Assembly (NCBI GenBank): GCA_046566485.1
Contig: JBKHWO010000045.1
Span: 3,664-67,663, forward strand
Length of the DNA: 64,000 nucleotides
Source of the DNA: Alphaproteobacteria bacterium
Lineage (GTDB): Bacteria > Pseudomonadota > Alphaproteobacteria > Sphingomonadales > Sphingomonadaceae
Direction of reading: 5' to 3'
The notes under the pieces were generated by a model, which worked only from the letters and a program-made list of their open reading frames with translations, had not been told where the DNA came from and did no database searches. The position numbers and the translations under genes are program-made. Below are positions 57,811 to 64,000 of the stretch, piece after piece; the stretch's first letter is position 1, and each line of letters starts with the position of its first letter.

Positions 57811-58788
57811 ATGGCACAGCTCCAGACCCAGCCACTCGTCCTCGCCGGGACCGGCTGGGACGACTACGGGCTTCTCGATTCCGGCCACGGACGCAAGCTG
57901 GAGCGGTATGGCGATTATCGCTTTGTCCGGCCCGAGCCGCAGGCGATGTGGACGCCGCGGCTGGCGGACTGGGACGCGCATGGTGAATTTGTCCCCGGTT
58001 CGGACGAGGACGGCGGTGGGCGCTGGCAGTATAACGGTCCAGTCCCGCGTGACGGCTGGCCGCTGGCGCGCGGCGATGTCCGCTTTACTGCACAGTGCAC
58101 GCCGTTCCGCCATCTCGGCTTCTTCCCCGACATGGCCCCGGTGTGGGACTGGATGGGCGAGCAATACCGTCGGGATCCGGGCCAGAGCCATTCCGTCATC
58201 CCCGCGAAAGCGGGGACCGCGGGCGGTTCGGCGGATAGGGTAGCGGTCCCCGGTCAAGCCGGGGACGACGGATTTAGCAGCCTGAACCTGTTCGGCTATA
58301 CCGGGGTCGGCACCCTGGCCCTGTCGCAATACGGCCCGGTCACGCACGTGGATGCCAGCAAGAAGTCGGTTGCCCAGGCCCGCGCCAATGCGGCGCTTTC
58401 CGGCATGGACCAGCGCCCGGTGCGCTGGATCATCGACGATGCAGCCAAGTTCACCGCGCGCGAAGTGCGGCGCGGACGGCGCTATGACGGGATCATCCTC
58501 GATCCGCCCAAGTTCGGCCGCGGGCCTGAAGGCGAAGTATGGCGGCTGGAGGAACATCTGCCCGGCCTGGTCGCCGATTGCCGCCAGTTGCTCGATCCGG
58601 AAAGCCGTTTCCTGTTCCTGACGGTCTATGCCGTGCGGATGAGTTCGCTGGCGCTGGCCGGTCTGCTGGATGAGGTTTTTTCGGGCCTCCCTGGCCGGAT
58701 CGAGCATGGCGACTTGGCCGTGCGCGAGGAAGGCGAGGGTGGACGCCTGCTCCCCACCGCGATCTTCGCGCGCTGGACCAACGACTGA
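57811..58788 (+). CDS. class I SAM-dependent methyltransferase (RlmI/RlmK-like) carrying an in-frame REP insertion
   Basis: KLERYG, FRHLGFFP, LNLFGYTG, DGIILDPPKFGRG; extra SVIPAKAG...VPGQAGDD segment. Confidence 0.88.
   Translation: MAQLQTQPLVLAGTGWDDYGLLDSGHGRKLERYGDYRFVRPEPQAMWTPRLADWDAHGEFVPGSDEDGGGRWQYNGPVPRDGWPLARGDVRFTAQCTPFRHLGFFPDMAPVWDWMGEQYRRDPGQSHSVIPAKAGTAGGSADRVAVPGQAGDDGFSSLNLFGYTGVGTLALSQYGPVTHVDASKKSVAQARANAALSGMDQRPVRWIIDDAAKFTAREVRRGRRYDGIILDPPKFGRGPEGEVWRLEEHLPGLVADCRQLLDPESRFLFLTVYAVRMSSLALAGLLDEVFSGLPGRIEHGDLAVREEGEGGRLLPTAIFARWTND
58194..58270 (+). repeat. 77-bp CGTC REP doublet inside a coding sequence
   Basis: CGTCATCCCCGCGAAAGCGGGGACC...GGTCCCCGGTCAAGCCGGGGACGACG, the same family as 29767, 59536 and 61821. 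Confidence 0.88.
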
Positions 58789-58808
58789 ATTTGAAGAAGG
58801 GCACTGCG

Positions 58809-59180
58809 ATGGCCGAGAGCCTGATCCTTGAGGTTGGCAATTTTGAGCACGATGTCCTGACCGGCATCTATTCGGAAGAGACCGGCCGTCCGCAGCCGCT
58901 GCGCTTTACCATCACTGCGCGGCTCAAGCCCGCGCCGCGCTATCAGCCGGACACCCCGCTGGAGGCGAGCAAGAACTACATGGACCTCAAGTTCGCAGCC
59001 TCCGAGGCGCTGCCGCAAGGGGTGCATTTCAAGCTGATCGAGGCCGTGGCCGATCACATCTGCGACACTCTGTTCGTCCAGGACGAGCGCGTGCTGGAAG
59101 TGACGGTCAAGATCGCCAAGCTGGCGATCAGCGAGAACGGCGAGGAAATCGGCATTACCCTGACGCGGGAACGGCGCTGA
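58809..59180 (+). CDS. folB: dihydroneopterin aldolase
   Basis: GIYSEE...QPL, NYMD, LIEAVA, V.VKI.K pattern. Confidence 0.8.
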   Translation: MAESLILEVGNFEHDVLTGIYSEETGRPQPLRFTITARLKPAPRYQPDTPLEASKNYMDLKFAASEALPQGVHFKLIEAVADHICDTLFVQDERVLEVTVKIAKLAISENGEEIGITLTRERR

Positions 59181-59497
59181 TGCAGCGGCTCGACGTGTCC
59201 GGCCTGCCCGGCGTGCCGAGCGCGGCAGCGGCGGTGTTTTATGGCGAATGGCTGGGCCGCGCCCAGGCACTGCTGAGCGGCGGTTCCCTGGTGCTGGTCT
59301 TTCCCCCTGCCGGACATGAACATGCCGGGTGGCGGCTCAGTGCAGTGCAGACCCTGGCGCGCGAGAATGCCCCAGCTCGCATCAATGCGATTGCCAGCGA
59401 TGACGAAGCGGCCATTGCGGCTGCTCTGGCCTATCTCGCGGCGGCCGACGGCGTGACCGGGCAATATCTGCCGCTGGACAGCGTTGGGGCGGGTTGA
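59180..59497 (+). CDS. small protein resembling the C-terminal half of an SDR (Rossmann-fold fragment)
   Basis: LARENAPARINAIA and VTGQYLPLD motifs; coupled to folB. Confidence 0.65.
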   Translation: MQRLDVSGLPGVPSAAAAVFYGEWLGRAQALLSGGSLVLVFPPAGHEHAGWRLSAVQTLARENAPARINAIASDDEAAIAAALAYLAAADGVTGQYLPLDSVGAG

Positions 59498-59535
59498 CGA
59501 TTGGGGGGCTAAGGCTCTTCACCAGGACCATTATG

Positions 59536-59619
59536 CGTCATCCCCGTGTAGGCGGGGATCGCTGGCCGTTGGTCTGTAGCTAGTCAGGCCAACGGTCCCC
59601 GGTCAGGCCGGGGACGACG
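59536..59619 (+). repeat. 84-bp CGTC REP doublet
   Basis: CGTCATCCCCGTGTAGGCGGGGATC...GGTCCCCGGTCAGGCCGGGGACGACG. Confidence 0.85.
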
Positions 59620-59654
59620 CAGGTTTTCACCAGGTGGAAGCACCAGCCAGGAGC

Positions 59655-60176
59655 CTACCGCTCCAGCAAACCCTTCAGCGAATCGAGCACGCCGTCCTGC
59701 GCGGCGATGATGCCCAGGGCCTTTTGCCGGGTCACTTCGATCTGGCCCACATCGCGGCCTTCGGTGCGGGCATCGGCATAGATCGAATCGAGCTGCGCCA
59801 TGGCGACCATGGCCTCGGCCCGGGCGGATTCGAGTTCCGCGATAGCGATGGAAGCAACCGACCAGGCTTCGCTGCCCATCGCTGCCTTGCGCGCGGCGCT
59901 GGCCAGCGAACGGGCACGGGCTGTTTTTGCGGCGAAACGGCCGTCCGCTGCCGAAACTTGCGCCAGAAGTCCGTCCAGACGGTTCGCGGTCGCGGGATCG
60001 AGCGGGGGCGGGGCCGGGGGCGGCGGTGGCGGGGCGGGCGGCCAGGTCGCGGTGATCCGCTCGGCCGGACGCTTGGCCAACGAAGGGTAGGCTCCTTCTG
60101 GCGAAGTGCAGCCGCCAAGGGCCAGAGTTGCCGAAGCAAGCAAGAGCGGGGTAATGCGGCGAACCATAGTCTGCAT
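59655..60176 (-). CDS. hypothetical lipoprotein
   Basis: LGGC lipobox, YPSLAKRPAER, Pro-rich linker, helical C-terminus. Confidence 0.72.
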   Translation of the reverse strand: MQTMVRRITPLLLASATLALGGCTSPEGAYPSLAKRPAERITATWPPAPPPPPPAPPPLDPATANRLDGLLAQVSAADGRFAAKTARARSLASAARKAAMGSEAWSVASIAIAELESARAEAMVAMAQLDSIYADARTEGRDVGQIEVTRQKALGIIAAQDGVLDSLKGLLER

Positions 60177-60221
60177 CCCTTAGCACGGTTGGAAAAGCGC
60201 GCCAGAGCGACTCTTCTTGCG

Positions 60222-60248
60222 TTGACAGTGGGGGGACCTTTGGCTAGG
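60222..60248 (+). promoter_or_regulatory. sigma70-like promoter for rplU
   Basis: TTGACA followed about 16-17 nt later by GCTAGG. Confidence 0.45.
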
Positions 60249-60341
60249 GGCAGCCCTTCTTTGGCACCCCGGCTTCTGTCGGGGGCCGATCCGCTGCCCG
60301 AATCTCCGGGTGGTTTGATGAAATGAACGGATAAGGGCACC

Positions 60342-60734
60342 ATGTTCGCAGTTGTGCGCACGGGCGGCAAACAATACCGGGTTGCCGCCGGAGACAAGAT
60401 CGCGGTTGAAAAGCTGGCTGGTGAAGCCGGTGAAACCATCACCCTGGGCGACGTCCTGCTGGCTGGTGACGGCGGCGAAGTGAAGGATGCCAAGGGCGTC
60501 GTCGTTTCGGCCGAGATCATCGCTCAGGCGAAGTCGGAAAAGGTGATTGTTTTCAAGAAGCGTCGCCGCCACAACTATCGTCGCAAGAACGGCCATCGCC
60601 AGCAGATGACCCTGCTGCGCATCGTTGCCGTTGGGGCCGAAGGCAAGAAGGCTGCTCCCAAGAAGGAAGCTGCCGCTGCTGAACCCGCTAAGAAGGCGCC
60701 GGCCAAGAAGGCCAAGGCCGCTGACGCCGAATAA
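60342..60734 (+). CDS. rplU: 50S ribosomal protein L21
   Basis: [30 protein letters not shown]. Confidence 0.98.
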   Translation: MFAVVRTGGKQYRVAAGDKIAVEKLAGEAGETITLGDVLLAGDGGEVKDAKGVVVSAEIIAQAKSEKVIVFKKRRRHNYRRKNGHRQQMTLLRIVAVGAEGKKAAPKKEAAAAEPAKKAPAKKAKAADAE

Positions 60735-60753
60735 GATTCTGGAGTAGTTCGAC

Positions 60754-61020
60754 ATGGCACACAAGAAAGCAGGCGGCTCCTCGCGTAACGGTCGCGATTC
60801 GGTCGGTCGTCGCCTTGGCGTCAAGAAGTTCGGCGGCCAGGAAGTCGTCGGCGGCAACATCATCATTCGTCAGCGCGGGACCAAGGTGTACCCGGGCGCC
60901 AACGTTGGCATGGGCAAGGATCACACCCTGTTTGCGCTGACCGGTGGCCGCGTGCGTTTCCATGAAGGAAAGCTCGGCCGCAAGTACGTGTCTGTCGACA
61001 TGGCACAAGCCGCCGAATAA
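60754..61020 (+). CDS. rpmA: 50S ribosomal protein L27
   Basis: [29 protein letters not shown]. Confidence 0.98.
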   Translation: MAHKKAGGSSRNGRDSVGRRLGVKKFGGQEVVGGNIIIRQRGTKVYPGANVGMGKDHTLFALTGGRVRFHEGKLGRKYVSVDMAQAAE

Positions 61021-61086
61021 CCGGATGGTCATGCAGGGCCATCCTTGATGGGATGGCCCCGCCGGGCTCACGAACCGGCAAATCGA

Positions 61087-61116
61087 GGGAGAGGGGCCAC
61101 CCCGTCTCCCTTTTTC
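61087..61116 (+). terminator. rho-independent terminator after rpmA
   Basis: GGGAGA(G)GGG/CCCCGTCTCCC stem followed by a T-run. Confidence 0.6.
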
Positions 61117-61242
61117 GTGTCTCCCTCAGTCACATCCGCACGATTGGACCGGTTAAGTGGTCCGTTTGGCGCGGGGCGTAATGGCAATGTCACACGGCGC
61201 GGCTAGACAGCATGCCGTGGGGCGAATGACGGAGGACATGCA

Positions 61243-61812
61243 ATGTTCATTCGCAGCGAAAGGCTGTTTTTGCGGCCCGGCTGGCCGGAAGACTGGCAGG
61301 AACTGCTGGGCCGGATCGATGACGAATCCGTGGCGCGCAATCTGGCGCAGGTTCCCTGGCCCTACACGGCCGAGGATGCCCGCCAGTTTGCCAGCCAGCC
61401 GCAGGATCCGCGCTGTCCGCATTTCCTGATTACTTTGCCGACCAGCGCCAAGCCGGCCGAAATCATCGGCTGCATCGGCCTGGCGCCGATCGATGGCGCG
61501 GTTGAGCTGGGGTACTGGATTACCCGCGCGCATTGGGGACACGGCTATGCCACCGAAGCGGCCCGCGGCGTTTTGCGGCTGGCGAAGGTGCTGGGGCACC
61601 GCGAAATCGTCGCCGGCCACTTCATCGACAATCTCGCTTCGGCAGCGGTACTGCGCAAGGTCGGCTTTGTGCCGACCGGCCGCGTGCGGAGCCGCTTCAG
61701 CCTGGCCCGCGGGTATGAGGCCCAGTCGGTTGAGCACCGCATCGACCTAGGCTGTTCCAGCGATTGCGACTGCGATGGCGACGACGGCGTAGCCGCCATG
61801 CGCGCCGCCTGA
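61243..61812 (+). CDS. RimJ/RimL-type GNAT acetyltransferase
   Basis: SERLFLRP, ELGYWI..WGHGYATEA, N.ASAAVLRKVGF. Confidence 0.9.
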   Translation: MFIRSERLFLRPGWPEDWQELLGRIDDESVARNLAQVPWPYTAEDARQFASQPQDPRCPHFLITLPTSAKPAEIIGCIGLAPIDGAVELGYWITRAHWGHGYATEAARGVLRLAKVLGHREIVAGHFIDNLASAAVLRKVGFVPTGRVRSRFSLARGYEAQSVEHRIDLGCSSDCDCDGDDGVAAMRAA

Positions 61813-61820
61813 ACGCACAA

Positions 61821-61904
61821 CGTCATCCCCGCGCAGGCGGGGATCGCGGGCGGTTCAGGTCGGGCCTAGCCGGCGAGCGGTCCCCGCTCGAGCCGGGGAC
61901 GACG
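61821..61904 (+). repeat. 84-bp CGTC REP doublet
   Basis: CGTCATCCCCGCGCAGGCGGGGATC...GGTCCCCGCTCGAGCCGGGGACGACG. Confidence 0.85.
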
Positions 61905-61931
61905 GGTGGGCTTTACCTATCCTGACCCTGT

Positions 61932-62100
61932 CCTTCGCCCTCGATGGGGGAAGGATCCGAAGACTTGGCGCCTTGGCGCCTAGTCGCAAGTGGATGGGGG
62001 TGGGGCAGCTGCGCTGGGCCGGGAAGGCACCCCCTCCCAAGCTTCGCTAGCAAACAGATTTGCAAGCTGCGCTATCCCTCCCCCATCGAGGGGGAGGGTG
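61932..62100. repeat. palindromic intergenic element (CIR/RIME-like)
   Basis: Inverted modules CCTTCGCCCTCGATGGGGGAAGG and CCCTCCCCCATCGAGGGGGAGGG, with internal GGGGGTG/CACCCC arms. Confidence 0.72.
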
Positions 62101-62109
62101 GAACTTTCC

Positions 62110-63024
62110 TCAGGCCCGGGCCAGGCGGGCGTCGGCGAATTCGCTTTCGGCCTTGCCAATCAGGTCGCGGTCATCGTGGTTCCACGGGTGGAAGCCCGGC
62201 ATGAAGTAGGCGAACCAGGTCGGCACGATCTTGCGCAGCACGCCCGGGGTGCCGAACAGGTACCAGGCCAGCCGGGCCTTGGTCTTCCATCCGGTGATCC
62301 CGTCCTGGGCCAGCAGGTCGAGCGTGTCGTTCCAGCGGTTGCGGATGAAGTTGATCGTGATCACCATCATCATCACGCTCTTCAGCTTCCATCGGCGCCA
62401 CTTGCTCCAGTCGCGGGTGGCGTGGAGGTAGGTGTCGAAGGCAACGCCCTTGTGCTCGATCTCTTCCATCGCGTGCCAGCGCCACATCGCCGCGGTTTCC
62501 GGCTCGGCGTTCTTGAAGTGGCGCGGATTGGCGAGGAATTCGTGGGCCATGATCGCGGTATAGTGTTCCAGCGCAATGGTCGCGGCCAGGTTCACGATCG
62601 GCGGGCGTTCCTTGATCATCGCCATGATCTGTTCCAGCCGCTGGTCGATCTTGTCGAGGTCATAGCCGGCATCGACCGCCGCCTTGTTGAACACCACGTG
62701 TTCGCGGGTGTGGTTGATTTCCTGTTTCACGAAGGCGCGGATTTCGGCTTCCAGCTTGGGCGGAGCGCCGTCGCGGAAGGCCTTGACCGCTTCGATGAAC
62801 ATCGCCTCGCCGCGCGGGAACGTGGCCGACAGGGCATTGTGCCAGGCGGTACCGATCGGATCGCCGCCCAGCCACCAGCGGCCCGGCTTCTGCTCGCGGC
62901 CAAAGCGCGCGTCGCGAACCGTGATCTCCAGATCGGTCGGGGTTGGTCCAAGGCGGGCAATGTCCGACTTGCCGAGGGGCGCGGCCGGTTCTACGTCGAG
63001 GGGGAATTTGGTGGGAGCGTTCAT
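62110..63024 (-). CDS. predicted metal-dependent hydrolase (ferritin-like/di-iron)
   Basis: FPRGE..F, QEINHTREH, ALEHYTA, WHAMEEIEHKGVAFD. Confidence 0.88.
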   Translation of the reverse strand: MNAPTKFPLDVEPAAPLGKSDIARLGPTPTDLEITVRDARFGREQKPGRWWLGGDPIGTAWHNALSATFPRGEAMFIEAVKAFRDGAPPKLEAEIRAFVKQEINHTREHVVFNKAAVDAGYDLDKIDQRLEQIMAMIKERPPIVNLAATIALEHYTAIMAHEFLANPRHFKNAEPETAAMWRWHAMEEIEHKGVAFDTYLHATRDWSKWRRWKLKSVMMMVITINFIRNRWNDTLDLLAQDGITGWKTKARLAWYLFGTPGVLRKIVPTWFAYFMPGFHPWNHDDRDLIGKAESEFADARLARA

Positions 63025-63052
63025 GACTCCCTAGATAAGGCAACTTACAACC

Positions 63053-63652
63053 ATGTCAATAAGGAAGCGCCTGACCCAGGAGGAGAGTCGCACCGTCGCG
63101 CTGGAAGCGGCGCGCGCGCTGCTGATCGAGCTGGGCCCGCAGGCCGTGACGCTGAAAGCCGTGGCGGCGCGAATCGGCCGTACCCACGCCAACCTGCTGC
63201 ATCACTTCGGCTCGGCGGCGGGCCTGCAAAAGGCGCTGGCCGAACACCTGGCCGTTACCATCTGCGCGACGATTGAGGATGCCGTGCTGGCAACCCGGGC
63301 CGGGCAGGGCACCCCGCGCGACGTGGTCGACCTGACCTTCGATGCCTTCGACAAGGAAGGCGGCGGTGCGCTGGCCACCTGGATGCTGATGAACGGCAAC
63401 GAGGACGCGCTCGACCCGCTGCTTGAGGCGATTCATGGTCTGGTCGACGACCTTGGCGAGCACGAAGGCGGCGACCGGATGCATGGCACCACTCACGCGC
63501 TGTGCCTGATGGCGCTGGGCGACGCGCTGATGGGCGGGCCGCTGGCGCAATCGCTGGGCCTGCCGCGCACCTCCGCGCGCGATACGGCAGAGCGCCTGCT
63601 GATCAGCGGCGCGGTCGCAGCCGGGGTGCTGAGCGGCGATCAGTCGCGCTGA
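63053..63652 (+). CDS. TetR/AcrR-family transcriptional regulator
   Basis: N-terminal HTH VTLKAVAARIG.TH.NLLHHFGS; divergent from the hydrolase. Confidence 0.9.
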   Translation: MSIRKRLTQEESRTVALEAARALLIELGPQAVTLKAVAARIGRTHANLLHHFGSAAGLQKALAEHLAVTICATIEDAVLATRAGQGTPRDVVDLTFDAFDKEGGGALATWMLMNGNEDALDPLLEAIHGLVDDLGEHEGGDRMHGTTHALCLMALGDALMGGPLAQSLGLPRTSARDTAERLLISGAVAAGVLSGDQSR

Positions 63653-64000
63653 AGCCAGCCGGGCAGCGCGGCGGCGGGAATATCCTCGACGCGGCGGTGA
63701 TCGACGGCCAGGCCGAGTTGCGGATAGCTGGCGCGCTGGCGGGCCGGGTCGCTGTCCTCCAGTGGGACGACGACCAGGCGGCGGTTGACCTTCTGCCGCC
63801 AGTTCATCCGCGCGGTGTTTTCCTGCCCGACATAGCAGCCCTTGGTAAAGGACACGCCGTTCAGTTCGGCGGCATTGCATTCCAGCCACAGCAGATCGCC
63901 CAGCTCCGCCGCGCCTTCACAGACCCCCAGGGCAAGGCGGTGGGCCAGCCATGCCGCATCGGCGCTGTCACCCTCCGGCGCGCCCAGCCAGCGCTGGCCG
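63640..64000 (-). CDS. ygfZ: YgfZ-like folate-binding Fe-S repair protein, 3' part (truncated by window end)
   Basis: GVSFTKGCYVGQE..AR signature. Confidence 0.88.
   Translation of the reverse strand, partial: GQRWLGAPEGDSADAAWLAHRLALGVCEGAAELGDLLWLECNAAELNGVSFTKGCYVGQENTARMNWRQKVNRRLVVVPLEDSDPARQRASYPQLGLAVDHRRVEDIPAAALPGWLQRD

Noticed and set aside
29767-61904. CRISPR array interpretation of the hairpin repeats
   Set aside because: Copies are dispersed and paired as inverted doublets, not regularly spaced direct repeats; no cas genes.
61855-62204. Short ORFs over the repeat stack, and likewise 4218-4535
   Set aside because: Derived from repeat sequence.

Overview
High-GC alphaproteobacterial chromosome segment. 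Gene content and order (ccoS-hemN, Mic60-hemD-hemC/tsaD-gpsA, serC-serA-hisZ-purA, argH-lysA, pyrE-pdxJ-acpS-lepB, aa3 cox operon-thrC, rplU-rpmA) point to Sphingomonadales, Novosphingobium/Erythrobacter-like; this is inference. It is mostly housekeeping genes plus one tRNA-Val(TAC). I saw no CRISPR array, transposase, integrase or phage gene. Main points of interest: (1) a 49-aa peptide ORF missing from the ORF track (41258-41407, strong RBS) directly ahead of two overlapping, mutually paralogous cupin+HEAT-like genes, one keeping a CDO-like 3-His metal site and one having lost it, a candidate uncharacterised peptide-modification (RiPP-like) system; (2) several families of palindromic REP/MITE-like elements, one inserted in-frame in a SAM methyltransferase gene and one supplying the acpS ribosome-binding site; (3) a candidate Fnr/FixK-linked small RNA after hemN; (4) a sigma-EcfG-type promoter driving a Crp-family regulator paired with a pseudo-receiver; (5) an AT-rich orphan gene next to uvrB; (6) an Anbu proteasome-type peptidase without its usual operon partners in this window. 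All calls come from reading the sequence by eye; no searches were run.
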